This document shows positions 43,330-52,888 of a stretch of DNA of 64,000 nt, in pieces (position 1 is the first letter of the stretch; the number at the start of each line of letters is the position of its first letter). The stretch lies in the NCBI GenBank assembly GCA_964424305.1, contig CAYRHW010000001.1, positions 71,947 through 135,946 of the forward strand. Direction: 5' to 3'. A program made the position numbers and the translations under genes. Under the pieces are notes generated by a model. The model saw only the letters and a program-made list of their open reading frames with translations. It was not told where the DNA came from and made no database searches. This DNA comes from an uncultured Candidatus Saccharibacteria bacterium. GTDB lineage: Bacteria > Patescibacteriota > Minisyncoccia > Minisyncoccales > Staskawiczbacteraceae.

Positions 43330-43836
43330 TTATTGGTCTTTATTAAGAAGGAATTTTGGTAATTCTTTATCCATGTCGATTACTTCATCGGCCACCTCTC
43401 TAAGCCTGGATGAAGTAGTTTTCCCGAATGCCATAATTTCAACTCTCTTCCCTTGGTTTTTTAAATATTCAACTAACGGTACAAAATCTCCATCTCCGGA
43501 CACCAGTATCACAACATCTATCCCGGGAGAAGTTCTAATGGCATCAACAACAATACCCACATCCCAATCGGCTTTTTTTTGGCCATCATAGAATTCTTGG
43601 AGATCTTTTATCTTTGTTTCAATGCCTAATTTCGTTAAAGCCTCAAAAAACGGCTCCTCGGCGCCGGTTTTAGTTCTAACGACATAGGCAAAGGCTCTTA
43701 TGAATTTTCTTCCGGCGATTGCCTCCTTGAGTACTTCTTTGAAATTAACTTTAAGATGATAGAGATTCCTTGCAGAATGATAGAGATTCTGAACATCTAT
43801 TAAAACTTCTACTCTCTGCTCTTTTGGTTTTGCCAT
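43330..43836 (-). CDS. NYN/LabA-like domain protein
   Basis: VEVLIDVQNLYHSA, DVGIVVDAI, VVILVSGDGDFVPLVEYLK..GKRVEIM. Confidence 0.8.
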   Translation of the reverse strand: MAKPKEQRVEVLIDVQNLYHSARNLYHLKVNFKEVLKEAIAGRKFIRAFAYVVRTKTGAEEPFFEALTKLGIETKIKDLQEFYDGQKKADWDVGIVVDAIRTSPGIDVVILVSGDGDFVPLVEYLKNQGKRVEIMAFGKTTSSRLREVADEVIDMDKELPKFLLNKDQ

Positions 43837-43856
43837 ATATTAATGAGTGAAAACTT

Positions 43857-44123
43857 TTAGCCCTTCTTTTTTGGTGCCTTCGATGTGTTTTTTATCTTTC
43901 TGTCGGCTTCTTTTTTCAGGTAGGCTAATAGTTTTTTTCTCTTAACTACCATTTTAATTAAACCCCTTTTTGAGTGGAGATCCTTGGGGTGCTTTTTTAA
44001 ATGCAAGACTAATTTGTCGATTTCTTCTGTGAGTAAACCAATTTGAACCTCAGGAGATCCTGTGTCTGTTTCGTGGGTACCGAGTTTCTTTATTATCTTT
44101 GTTTTTTCTGCAGTTTTTAACAT
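43857..44123 (-). CDS. rpsO: 30S ribosomal protein S15
   Basis: [36 protein letters not shown]. Confidence 0.95.
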   Translation of the reverse strand: MLKTAEKTKIIKKLGTHETDTGSPEVQIGLLTEEIDKLVLHLKKHPKDLHSKRGLIKMVVKRKKLLAYLKKEADRKIKNTSKAPKKKG

Positions 44124-44193
44124 ATTGTGTTTTATTGTGTTTGTTTTGCTATTAGAAATGAAAAAAAGCCGGAGCTCTATTTATTTGATTTTA

Positions 44194-44222
44194 ACTATAG
44201 ATTATTAGAGGGCAGTTGTCAA
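44194..44222 (-). promoter_or_regulatory. Sigma-70-type promoter candidate for rpsO
   Basis: Minus strand TTGACA (44222-44217), 17-nt spacer, TATAGT (44199-44194). Confidence 0.5.
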
Positions 44223-44272
44223 TTGTGGGGAGGAACCCGGAAGCACTGGCAGAGGCCATAGGGGGCCTGGAA

Positions 44273-44302
44273 AGTAAAAAAAAGTAGAGGGATTGGCTCT
44301 AC
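44273..44302 (-). terminator. Rho-independent terminator of the TolB-like gene
   Basis: Minus strand GTAGAG-CCAATCC-CTCTAC followed by an 11-nt T-run. Confidence 0.75.
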
Positions 44303-44322
44303 ATTTCTTCAAATGTGCAACT

Positions 44323-45636
44323 TTATTTTCCAAGTTCTGACTCGAGACTTTTTTGAGCCAGGGCTTGTTTTTTCTCTTGTTCCTTTTGGGCTAGCTGTAC
44401 TAGCTTCGTCCTTTCGAAGGTCAATTGTTTCTGGGTAGTGCCATTTATGCTCACTTTCCAGATTTCATTGTCTTTTCCGACGAAGGCAATCGTTTTGTTG
44501 TCGGGAGACCATGACCAACGAGGCCAATAGAGATAACTTCTTGGTCGTATCTCATTGGCTTCCACCGGCGAAAGGTTGGGCACCTTCAGCCGTGAAATGA
44601 CTGCTCCCGCGGGGATTGTCTCGCCATGTTTGGCTATATCATTGGCAACCAATTTATTCACATTGAGAATTTGGACGTTGTCGTCCTTAACAACTGCCAC
44701 CATCTGGCCGGTCAGCCCCAATATGCTTGGTAGCCTGCTCGATCTGTCCCCGTAAATAGGCGCGGTTGTCGGCTGGCTTCCGTCTGGTTTCGCCACATTC
44801 AAACGGGCCGTATTGGTGCAAAAAATATATTTTGAATCCGGCGATACGGCGATGTCTTCAAGCATTGAGAAGGCGCCCTCGCTTGGATTCTTTACCTCTG
44901 TAAGGTTTTTGCCGTCAACATCAATAATGAAAAATGAGCATTGGCTTGGTTCGCCAGTGGCGAACGTAATTCTCTTGCTATTTGGGAACCAAACTGGGTT
45001 GAACCCGTCTGTGAGCTTGAACCAGAATTTTCCTTGTGCATCTGCAATCCAGATTTGAAATTCACCATCCTTGACAGAAAAGGCAAGCTTTGTCCCATCG
45101 GGCGACCAAGCAAGGTAGCCGTATTCTGCCCGCACGTGTTCTTTGTGATTTGTTATCTGAACGCGCGCTTTGGTGGCAAGATCGATGGTGTAGATGTTGC
45201 TATCGTTGGGATCATTTTCGACGAAAGCAATTTTTTTGCCGTCAGGTGACCAGCAAAAGTTTCTAAAGGAGTTTGATATTGAGGCAATTACCCTTGGATT
45301 GTCACCGTTTTCTTCGATGACATATAGTTGGCGCGCGGCCGGGTCATTGTCCCAGACACCGCTTTCTAATCTGATAAAAGCTATTTTGTTTCCAAGGGGA
45401 GACCAAACAGGGCTTCTCGCCATTACCTTAATATTTTCCACCTTAATCGGATCAGTCGGAGACGGCAACTTTTTGGGTCCGGCTGATGAGGATAAATCTT
45501 CAGTTGCAGTCGGGGAAGGCGTTTTCTGTGGCGCTTTCCACGAGTTTGATGGTATATTTTGTGCTATCACGTTGTCGGCTGATAGCAGTAAAGCGGCAAA
45601 GAAAGCAAAAACAACTAAGGTACCCATGTTTTTCAT
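44323..45636 (-). CDS. TolB-like beta-propeller (PD40/WD40-like repeat) secreted protein
   Basis: Signal peptide; repeated WSPDGKKIAF, WSPDGTKLAF and WSPDNKTIAF PD40 motifs; C-terminal coiled coil. Confidence 0.8.
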   Translation of the reverse strand: MKNMGTLVVFAFFAALLLSADNVIAQNIPSNSWKAPQKTPSPTATEDLSSSAGPKKLPSPTDPIKVENIKVMARSPVWSPLGNKIAFIRLESGVWDNDPAARQLYVIEENGDNPRVIASISNSFRNFCWSPDGKKIAFVENDPNDSNIYTIDLATKARVQITNHKEHVRAEYGYLAWSPDGTKLAFSVKDGEFQIWIADAQGKFWFKLTDGFNPVWFPNSKRITFATGEPSQCSFFIIDVDGKNLTEVKNPSEGAFSMLEDIAVSPDSKYIFCTNTARLNVAKPDGSQPTTAPIYGDRSSRLPSILGLTGQMVAVVKDDNVQILNVNKLVANDIAKHGETIPAGAVISRLKVPNLSPVEANEIRPRSYLYWPRWSWSPDNKTIAFVGKDNEIWKVSINGTTQKQLTFERTKLVQLAQKEQEKKQALAQKSLESELGK

Positions 45637-45797
45637 GGCTTCCTCCTTGTGGGGTTGGGGAGATTAAAATTGAAAGGTACAAGAACAAGATTCGCTAAGT
45701 TTATTCTAAAATTATGCAGAGAGAGTGTCAAGGAAAAGTATCGGGAGAATATGTTTGTTAAAATAAAAACATCTATTTACGATGTTCTATTTTTCTG

Positions 45798-45872
45798 TGG
45801 TGCGCCCGGCGGGACTCGAACCTGCAACCTTATCCTTAAGAGGGATCTGCTCTGCCATTGAGCTACGGGCGC
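45798..45872 (-). tRNA. tRNA-Lys (anticodon CTT), CCA encoded
   Basis: Minus strand GCGCCCG-TA-GCTC-AATGGCA-GAGC-A-GATCC-CTCTTAA-GGATA-AGGTT-GCAGG-TTCGAGT-CCCGC-CGGGCGC-ACCA. One A-C mismatch in the T stem and one G-A at the base of the anticodon stem. Confidence 0.85.
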
Positions 45873-45886
45873 GTAGTATCCTGATG

Positions 45887-46255
45887 CTATATCGGTGTTC
45901 CTCCTAGTGCAGTTAGAACGGTATTAACAATCACCGCGGCCCCATATGCCAAGAAACCTCCAATAAGCGTTGCGAAAATAATTTTTTTACCAAGAGCCAA
46001 CAAATTTGGACTTCCTCCCGAGAAAAGCATTACAAGTCCGCCGATCGTTATCAACAGAATGGCTACTGGCAAGATAAGGTTATCTTTAATCCAATTAATA
46101 ATAACAACCGGCATGCCAGTTAAGTCGCTGAATTTGCACCTGGCATTTGGGCTGTCGCCAGTTCCGCAATTAACAATCGCACCAGCCGCTAATATCATAG
46201 TGGGTAGTAGCACAAGGGAGAGGAGGGTTATTAAAAATAATTTTTTCATAAACAA
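45887..46255 (-). CDS. Stand-alone VirB2/TrbC-like T4SS pilin candidate
   Basis: 122 aa; signal peptide, then ...PVAILLITIGGLVMLFSGGSPNLLALGKKIIFATLIGGFLAYGAAVIVNTVL. Same module as the N-termini of the three fusion proteins. Confidence 0.55.
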   Translation of the reverse strand: MFMKKLFLITLLSLVLLPTMILAAGAIVNCGTGDSPNARCKFSDLTGMPVVIINWIKDNLILPVAILLITIGGLVMLFSGGSPNLLALGKKIIFATLIGGFLAYGAAVIVNTVLTALGGTPI

Positions 46256-46308
46256 AGTATTAAGCTTCTTTTAATATACAATAAAACCGCAAAAAAGAAA
46301 GACTAATG

Positions 46309-46380
46309 TGCCCCCGGCAAGAATCGAACTCGCATCCCTGGGTTCGAAGCCCAGTACTCTATCCGTTGAGCTACGGGGGC
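46309..46380 (-). tRNA. tRNA-Arg (anticodon TCG), no encoded CCA
   Basis: Minus strand GCCCCCG-TA-GCTC-AACGGATA-GAGT-A-CTGGG-CTTCGAA-CCCAG-GGAT-GCGAG-TTCGATT-CTTGC-CGGGGGC-A. Confidence 0.85.
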
Positions 46381-46460
46381 AAATTTCATCTAAACTTTAA
46401 CACAAATTTAAGGTAAAATCAATTGAAATTACTTGGTCTTTAAGATAGAATTACAGAATC

Positions 46461-47924
46461 ATGGTAATCCCAAAAGAGGTAAAAAAAGTAATCACGGAGT
46501 TGAAGGGCAATGGTTTTGAGGCATATATTGTGGGCGGATGTGTCCGAGATTTTTTGCGTAATGTCGAGCCGAAGGATTGGGATGTTACAACCAACGCTAC
46601 TCCAGAAGAAATTCAAAAAGTATTCACAGAAAGTTTTTATGAGAATAAATTTTTGACGGTGACTGTTAAAACAGGAAGCAAAAAGGAGGGGCTAGGAGGA
46701 ATTGAAGTTACAACCTATAGGTTGGAGGGGCAGTATTCTGATAATCGTCATCCAGACCAGATAAGTTTTGCTAAAACGTTGGGGGAGGACTTGGCTCGTC
46801 GAGATTTTACAATAAACGCAATTGCCCTAGATATTCCGGTTAGTGGGAGCAAGAATAAAGTGGTAGATCTTTTTGGAGGACAAGAGGACTTAAAAAATAA
46901 AGTTATTAAAACTGTTGGCAAGCCGGAAGAAAGATTTTCAGAAGATGCTTTAAGGATGATGAGGGCGGTTAGGTTCGCCACAACCCTAGATTTTAAAATT
47001 GAGCCTTCTACTCTTGGGGGGATAAAAGATAATGCGACAAGATTAAAAGATATTTCTGCAGAAAGAATAAGGGACGAATTTTTAAAAATCATTATGTCAG
47101 AGAGAGCCGACCAAGGGGTAGACCTGTTAAGAGAAACCGGGTTGTTAAAATTTATCGCTCCAGAAATATTGGAGGGATTCGAATGTGGGCAGAACAAACA
47201 CCATATATATGATTGCTATCGGCACTCTGTGCTGTCTTTGAAATATGCTGCGGGAAAAGGCTTTAATCAAAATGTAAGGCTAGCTGCTTTATTCCATGAT
47301 GTTGCTAAGCCAAGGGTTAAAAGAGGAAACGGTCCAGATTCCACCTTTTACAATCACGAAGTGGTTGGGGCCCAAATAACGAGTTCCATATTAGAAAGAT
47401 TAAAATTTTCTAAAAAAGATATCGAAAAAATTGTAAAATTAGTTCGTTATCATTTGTTCTATTACAACACCGACGAGGTAACCGACTCTTCGGTTAGAAG
47501 GTTAGTAAGAAATGTCGGGCCAGAGAGTATGGAGGAGCTTTTACAGGTTCGTATGGCGGACAGGATTGGTTCCGGGGTGCCTAAAGCTGAGCCATACAAG
47601 CTAAGACATTTAAAATATATAGTTGATAAGGTGGCCCAAGATCCGATTTCTGCCAAGATGTTGAAGATTACGGGGAACGATGTAATAAAACTTTTAAAAA
47701 TTGAACCCGGGCCAAAGGTTGGTCAGATTTTAGATATATTATTGGGGATTGTTTTATTAGATCCAAAAAAGAATAAAAAAGAATTATTAACCAAAGAAGC
47801 AATAAGCCTCGGAAAATTATCCGATTCTGGGCTTCAAGGAAAGGCTGGTAGTGCTAGAAAGGAAAGAGAAAAAACAGAGACAAAGCGAGACGAAATGACG
47901 AAGCAAAAGTATTGGGTGAGTTAA
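46461..47924 (+). CDS. cca: CCA-adding tRNA nucleotidyltransferase (PolyA-pol head + HD domain)
   Basis: YIVGGCVRDFLR, DWDVTT, RDFTINA, and the HD region HDVAKP...H...G. Confidence 0.9.
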   Translation: MVIPKEVKKVITELKGNGFEAYIVGGCVRDFLRNVEPKDWDVTTNATPEEIQKVFTESFYENKFLTVTVKTGSKKEGLGGIEVTTYRLEGQYSDNRHPDQISFAKTLGEDLARRDFTINAIALDIPVSGSKNKVVDLFGGQEDLKNKVIKTVGKPEERFSEDALRMMRAVRFATTLDFKIEPSTLGGIKDNATRLKDISAERIRDEFLKIIMSERADQGVDLLRETGLLKFIAPEILEGFECGQNKHHIYDCYRHSVLSLKYAAGKGFNQNVRLAALFHDVAKPRVKRGNGPDSTFYNHEVVGAQITSSILERLKFSKKDIEKIVKLVRYHLFYYNTDEVTDSSVRRLVRNVGPESMEELLQVRMADRIGSGVPKAEPYKLRHLKYIVDKVAQDPISAKMLKITGNDVIKLLKIEPGPKVGQILDILLGIVLLDPKKNKKELLTKEAISLGKLSDSGLQGKAGSARKEREKTETKRDEMTKQKYWVS

Positions 47925-47929
47925 AATAA

Positions 47930-48001
47930 CGGGGCATAGTGTAACAGAAACATGCACGCTTCGGGAGCGTGTGACTCTGGGTGCAAGTCCCAGTGCCCCG
48001 A
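47930..48001 (+). tRNA. tRNA-Pro (anticodon CGG) with non-canonical D and T loops, no encoded CCA
   Basis: CGGGGCA-TA-GTGT-AACAGAA-ACAT-G-CACGC-TTCGGGA-GCGTG-TGACT-CTGGG-TGCAAGT-CCCAG-TGCCCCG-A. C1:G72 and G37 fit bacterial tRNA-Pro. The D loop lacks GG and the T loop reads TGCAAGT. Overlaps the false N-terminus of track ORF 47952. Confidence 0.7.
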
Positions 48002-48008
48002 CAAATAT

Positions 48009-48758
48009 ATGCCATATCTTTTCGAAATACCATCTCACAAATTCTTAGCAGGCGTAAAGGTTCTTACTGGGATATCAGATAAGAAGATTTTAGCGTTCAG
48101 CCCTCATTCCGATGATTTGAGTATTGGTGCTGGTGGGTTTTTGGCGCATCTCTCGAAGACTAATAATATTAAACCAGTTTTGGCATACACGGGCTGGCGA
48201 GGTGTAAAAGACAATAACCCAGTGGCAGGGGCGATTAAGACAAGGGAGAAAGAGATGGAACAAGAGACGCACATTTTGGGGATAAAGGAACCCATTTTTC
48301 TTCATTTGTTAACCTATGAGAATGATAATAAAGAGGACAGGAAGAAAGATGCTATAAAGATAAAGGAAGTCATTAGGAGAGAAAAACCAGATATTATTTT
48401 TCTTCCCAACGAAAAAGACATACATCCGAGGCATAAGCTACTTTCTTTTCTTATCCTCTCCGTGCTTAAAGAATTGGAAATAAGCATTGAGCTTTTTTTC
48501 TATGAAATACCTTGGTCTGTTTTTTCTGGAGAGGAATTTAACTTTGTTGTGCCACTTTCTAATAAATTAGTTAGCAAAAAGATAAATGCAATAAAAGTAC
48601 ATAAATCTCAATTGGCGAGAACAAACTTTGTCCGGTTGAGTAAGGCCCTCCTATCTTTGAGGGCAGGGATGGTCCCAGAGCAAAAGATAGCAGGTTATGG
48701 GGAGAGTGTCTCCTTGGGTAATTGGGTAGAAGTCTATAAACATAAACTTTTGAAATAA
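48009..48758 (+). CDS. PIG-L/LmbE-family deacetylase
   Basis: Start set at MPYLFEI (the upstream part is the tRNA). ILAFSPHSDDLSIGAGG and HPRH motifs. Confidence 0.8.
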   Translation: MPYLFEIPSHKFLAGVKVLTGISDKKILAFSPHSDDLSIGAGGFLAHLSKTNNIKPVLAYTGWRGVKDNNPVAGAIKTREKEMEQETHILGIKEPIFLHLLTYENDNKEDRKKDAIKIKEVIRREKPDIIFLPNEKDIHPRHKLLSFLILSVLKELEISIELFFYEIPWSVFSGEEFNFVVPLSNKLVSKKINAIKVHKSQLARTNFVRLSKALLSLRAGMVPEQKIAGYGESVSLGNWVEVYKHKLLK

Positions 48759-49474
48759 TGCAAATTTTTATTGAGGACAATTATGAAGCAATGTGTAAAA
48801 AGGGATCAGAGCTGATTGCCTCTGCTATAAAAGAAAATCCAAATATTGTTTTGGGTTTGGCAACTGGGTCTACGGTAGTTGGGGTATATAAGGATTTGGT
48901 AGAAAAATACGAGAGAAAGGAAATAGATTTTAGCGGGGTAACGACGTTTAATTTAGATGAGTATGTAGGAATCAATCCCGACGATGAGAAAAGCTATCAT
49001 AGCTATATGAAGGATGTCCTTTTCTCTAAGACCAATGTAGATATTAAAAATACTTTTTTCCCCAGTGATTATTCCGAAGATTATAGTAAGTTTGAAGATA
49101 AGATAGAAATATTGGGGGGAATAGATTTGCAGGTTTTGGGCATAGGTGGCAATGGTCATATTGGTTTTAATGAGCCAGGGTCAAGCTTCGGCTCGAGGAC
49201 AAGAGAGATCACACTAACCGCTGGGACAATAAAGGATAATGCAAGATTTTTTAATAGCGAAGATGATGTTCCTAAGAAAGCAGCAACAATGGGTATGGGG
49301 ACAATTATGGCGGCCAGAAGAATCGTTTTCTTCGCCAATGGGGAGAAGAAAAAAGATATTGTCAAAAAGGCATTACAAGGGTCAGTGACGGAAGACATTC
49401 CAGCTTCAGTCTTACAGAACCATAAAAATGTTATAATAATCTTAGACAAAGAAGCAGCCTCAGAGCTAGAATAA
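48758..49474 (+). CDS. nagB: Glucosamine-6-phosphate deaminase
   Basis: LGLATGST, FNLDEYVG, LGIGGNGHIGFNEPGS. Confidence 0.93.
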   Translation: MQIFIEDNYEAMCKKGSELIASAIKENPNIVLGLATGSTVVGVYKDLVEKYERKEIDFSGVTTFNLDEYVGINPDDEKSYHSYMKDVLFSKTNVDIKNTFFPSDYSEDYSKFEDKIEILGGIDLQVLGIGGNGHIGFNEPGSSFGSRTREITLTAGTIKDNARFFNSEDDVPKKAATMGMGTIMAARRIVFFANGEKKKDIVKKALQGSVTEDIPASVLQNHKNVIIILDKEAASELE

Positions 49475-49491
49475 AAATAATATTCAATAAT

Positions 49492-50424
49492 ATGCAAGAA
49501 AAAGTAAAAATCTCGCCGAAGCATGTTTTTCTTCATCTTTTTTCAATAATAATGCTGTATGCAACAACCATTAGTTTGTTGACCCTAGCATTCCAATATA
49601 TTAATGTTCTGCTCCCAGATGCACTGGCCGATGCTGGGTTTATATCTACATATTCTTTTGATTTAATAAGAACCTCTCTGGCATCTATCCTGGTAGTTTT
49701 CCCTTTGTTAATTTTAGTTTCAGTATTTCTAAATAAAAGCTACAAAAAGGATCCAGAAGTGAGAGAAATGAAAAGTAGGAGATGGTTGATATATTTTACT
49801 CTTTTCGCAGCCGCGTTAATTATTGTCGTTGACCTAACAAGAATTATCTGGGTATTTTTAGGGGGAGAAATCACCCTAAGGTTTATATTAAAGTCAGTTG
49901 CCGTTTTACTATTAACTGGAATAATCTTCTTCTATTATCTACAAGATGTAAGGCAAGATAAGGCCATCCCAAGGGTAAAATATTTTGTTTTAGAAGTTTC
50001 AGCCATGGTTCTTCTAATGGTGGTTTCGGGATTCTTCATAGTCGGCTCCCCGCAGAAAGAAAGGATGAGACGTTTCGACGACCAGAGAATTAGTAGTCTA
50101 CAAAATATCCAATGGGAGATTATCAATTACTGGCAACGGAAGCAAGCATTACCAACCAAATTGGCAGATTTGAATAATGATATTTCTGGTTTCATGGTTT
50201 CTCAGGATCCTCAAACGGGGGAACCCTATGAGTACAATGTTCTGAAGAAGGATTCATTTCAATTGTGCGCTACCTTTGATCTATCAAGCGCGGGGCAAGC
50301 GGGGGCGGGAAGAGAACCGGTCTCCGTCCCGGTGGGGTATAGCCAAAATTGGGATCATGCGGCAGGCAGAGTTTGCTTTGATAGAACAGTAGACGCGCAG
50401 TTGTATCCCCCAATTAAGAATTAA
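49492..50424 (+). CDS. DUF5671-like polytopic membrane protein
   Basis: 310 aa. Four to five TMs in the N-terminal two thirds with a soluble C-terminal domain; the pattern is common in CPR genomes. Confidence 0.55.
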   Translation: MQEKVKISPKHVFLHLFSIIMLYATTISLLTLAFQYINVLLPDALADAGFISTYSFDLIRTSLASILVVFPLLILVSVFLNKSYKKDPEVREMKSRRWLIYFTLFAAALIIVVDLTRIIWVFLGGEITLRFILKSVAVLLLTGIIFFYYLQDVRQDKAIPRVKYFVLEVSAMVLLMVVSGFFIVGSPQKERMRRFDDQRISSLQNIQWEIINYWQRKQALPTKLADLNNDISGFMVSQDPQTGEPYEYNVLKKDSFQLCATFDLSSAGQAGAGREPVSVPVGYSQNWDHAAGRVCFDRTVDAQLYPPIKN

Positions 50425-50456
50425 AAAACAGCCCCAGTTACGGGGCTGTTTTTTTG
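50423..50456. terminator. Bidirectional terminator
   Basis: AAAAA-ACAGCCCC-AGTTAC-GGGGCTGT-TTTTTTT. Confidence 0.85.
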
Positions 50457-50462
50457 TTGCGC

Positions 50463-52685
50463 CTATTTACTCTTATAGAATTTCATCGATAGAGCATTTA
50501 AGACAACACTCACCGAAGAAAAGGCCATTGCCGCCGCTGCTATGGACGGGCTAAGAAGCCAACCAGTGGCGGGATAGAGAGCCCCAGCTGCTATAGGTAT
50601 ACCGACTATATTATAGAAGAAGGCCCAGAATAATCCTTGTTTTATCTTCTTTAAAGTATATTTGCTTAAATCAATGGCGACGACAACGTCTCTTAGATCG
50701 TCTTTTATTAAAACAATTTCTCCTGTCTCCATGGCAACGTCGGTCCCTGATCCAAGGGCGATCCCTAGGTCTGCTTGGGCTAACGCTGGCGCATCATTTA
50801 TACCATCTCCTACCATGGCAACTATATTTCCTTGGCTTTGTAGCTTTTTAATCTCTTCTGATTTTCCTTGTGGCAGTACCTCTGCTAAAACCCTATCGAT
50901 GCCCAATTGTTTCGCTATTGCTTGGCCGACCCTTCTATTGTCGCCCGTAATGATAGCTACTTGTTTCCCCATCCTATGCAGACTGTCTACGGCTTCTTGC
51001 GAATTGTCTTTTAATGTATCGGCAACGGCAATCAACCCCAGTATTTTTCCATCCACCCCCAAGATCATCGTTGTTTTCCCTTCCTCTTCAAGTGCTACAA
51101 TGTTTTTCTCTGCGCCTTGATAATCAATGTTGTTTTCTTCCATCAGCATCCTTGTCCCCAAAAGGATTTTTTGATTGTTAATATCGGCAGAAACTCCCTT
51201 GCCCGGGATTGCTTGGAAATTTTGTATCGGCAAAAATTCAACTTTTTCTTCTTTCCCTTTTTGGACAATCGCTTGGGCCAAGGGGTGTTCTGAGTTGTTC
51301 TCTATCGAAGCGGCAATTTGTAAAATATCCAGAGTTTTTCCAGAAACTTCTACGATGTTGGTGACAATGGGTTCCCCTTTTGTTAGCGTGCCGGTTTTAT
51401 CAAAGACAACCACATTCACCCTTTTGGCAATTTCTAGGGCTTTCCCCGTTTTGATCAAAATTCCTTTTTCTGCAGATATACCAGTCCCCATCATCACCGC
51501 TGCTGGGGTGGCAAGGCCAAGGGCGCAGGGGCAGGCGATGATTAATACAGCCACGAATATACTAATTGCAAAGGCGAAAGGTTGGCCCGTAACTAGCCAA
51601 ATGCCTGCGGCTAAAATCGCAAGGATAAAAACAGTGGGAACGAAGTAGAAGGAGACTTTATCGGCCAATAGTTGGATCGGTGCCTTTGAGCCCATGGCTT
51701 CCTCTACTATCTTTATTATCTGTGCCAACATTGTGTCTTTCCCAACTTTAAGGGTTTTTATTTTCAAAACCCCCGTTTTATTTATCGTCGCGCCGATTAC
51801 CTGATCTCCTATTTTTTTCTCGACAGGGATGCTTTCTCCGGTAATTGCTTTCTCGTCCACGCTAGAATATCCATCGACAACCATTCCATCTACTGGGATT
51901 TTCTGCCCAGGCTTTATTAAGATTATATCTCCAACTGCGACTTCAGATATGGGGATAATAATTTCCTTTCCGTCTTTTATAACAATAGCCTCTTTGGGTT
52001 GTAGTCCCATTAGTTTTTTAATGGATTCGTTCGTCTTCCCTTTTGTTATTGCCTCTAAATATTTTCCAAGGGAAATGAATATTAGGATGAATATCGCACT
52101 TTCGTAGTATAAGCTTTCTGGAAGCCTACTTGTTATCAAATAGATGATAGAAAGAATAACGCTGTAGAAATAGGCTACGCTGGTGCCAATGAATATCAAA
52201 GAATCCATATTCGGCGAGAGCGCTAAAAGTTTTTTTAAACCAGAGGACCAGATATTAAAACATGAAATAATCACCGCAGTGGCAAGTACAAGTTGGATTA
52301 TTAATCCGTACTCTTCAAATATTTTTGGCATTGGCAGGCCCAACATCTCTCCCATAACCATATAGATAATAGGAAAGCCAAAAATTAGGGAGAAGAGGAA
52401 TCTCTTTTTAAGTTTTTTCATTTCGGCTTCCTTGGCTATTTTATTGTGGTCGTCTCCCCCCGTCTCTTCCGATGCCCCATACCCCAGGTGCTTAATAGTC
52501 TTTTTGATTTTTTCTATAGTAGTCTGTTTCTCGTCTATTTCTAAATAAAGTTTTTCATTGGCAATATTTACATTGGCCGATATAACTCCTTTTTCTTTTT
52601 TCAGACCGTTTTCAATAACAGAAGAACAAGAGGCACAGTGCATCCCAGTAATAGAGAATATTTTTTTGTTTGGATTATTTTCCAT
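50463..52685 (-). CDS. copA: Copper-translocating P1B-type ATPase
   Basis: N-terminal [15 protein letters not shown]; CPC motif [11 protein letters not shown]; DKTGTLT; GDGINDAP. Confidence 0.95.
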   Translation of the reverse strand: MENNPNKKIFSITGMHCASCSSVIENGLKKEKGVISANVNIANEKLYLEIDEKQTTIEKIKKTIKHLGYGASEETGGDDHNKIAKEAEMKKLKKRFLFSLIFGFPIIYMVMGEMLGLPMPKIFEEYGLIIQLVLATAVIISCFNIWSSGLKKLLALSPNMDSLIFIGTSVAYFYSVILSIIYLITSRLPESLYYESAIFILIFISLGKYLEAITKGKTNESIKKLMGLQPKEAIVIKDGKEIIIPISEVAVGDIILIKPGQKIPVDGMVVDGYSSVDEKAITGESIPVEKKIGDQVIGATINKTGVLKIKTLKVGKDTMLAQIIKIVEEAMGSKAPIQLLADKVSFYFVPTVFILAILAAGIWLVTGQPFAFAISIFVAVLIIACPCALGLATPAAVMMGTGISAEKGILIKTGKALEIAKRVNVVVFDKTGTLTKGEPIVTNIVEVSGKTLDILQIAASIENNSEHPLAQAIVQKGKEEKVEFLPIQNFQAIPGKGVSADINNQKILLGTRMLMEENNIDYQGAEKNIVALEEEGKTTMILGVDGKILGLIAVADTLKDNSQEAVDSLHRMGKQVAIITGDNRRVGQAIAKQLGIDRVLAEVLPQGKSEEIKKLQSQGNIVAMVGDGINDAPALAQADLGIALGSGTDVAMETGEIVLIKDDLRDVVVAIDLSKYTLKKIKQGLFWAFFYNIVGIPIAAGALYPATGWLLSPSIAAAAMAFSSVSVVLNALSMKFYKSK

Positions 52686-52878
52686 TTAGGTCTTTTAATA
52701 AACCCTTTAAATCGAGATCATAGGCCGCACATATTTTTCCGATCTTCAATGTAGATATTTCCTGAGCTGCCATGGGGCAGGATAAACAGGGCAAATTGTA
52801 TTTTGCCAAAATTCCCTCTGCACCCGGGAGCTCCAGTATTTTTTCTAGGGTTGTGTCTTTCGTTATTTTTGTTTTCAT
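52675..52878 (-). CDS. DUF1858-like small redox/metal-associated protein
   Basis: Start set at [37 protein letters not shown], which avoids overlap with the upstream gene. Confidence 0.65.
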   Translation of the reverse strand: MKTKITKDTTLEKILELPGAEGILAKYNLPCLSCPMAAQEISTLKIGKICAAYDLDLKGLLKDLNGK

Positions 52879-52888
52879 AAAATTAAAT

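Noticed and set aside
46423-46461. TTGAAA-17-TAGAAT promoter-like motif ending 10 nt before the cca ATG (possible leaderless mRNA)
   Set aside because: The hexamers are only moderately good and AT-rich background makes such matches frequent. It is not supportable without 5'-end data.
47952-48008. N-terminal extension MHASGACDSGCKSQCPDKY of the PIG-L deacetylase ORF
   Set aside because: These codons overlap the tRNA-Pro cloverleaf. The conserved PIG-L sequence starts after the ATG at 48009.
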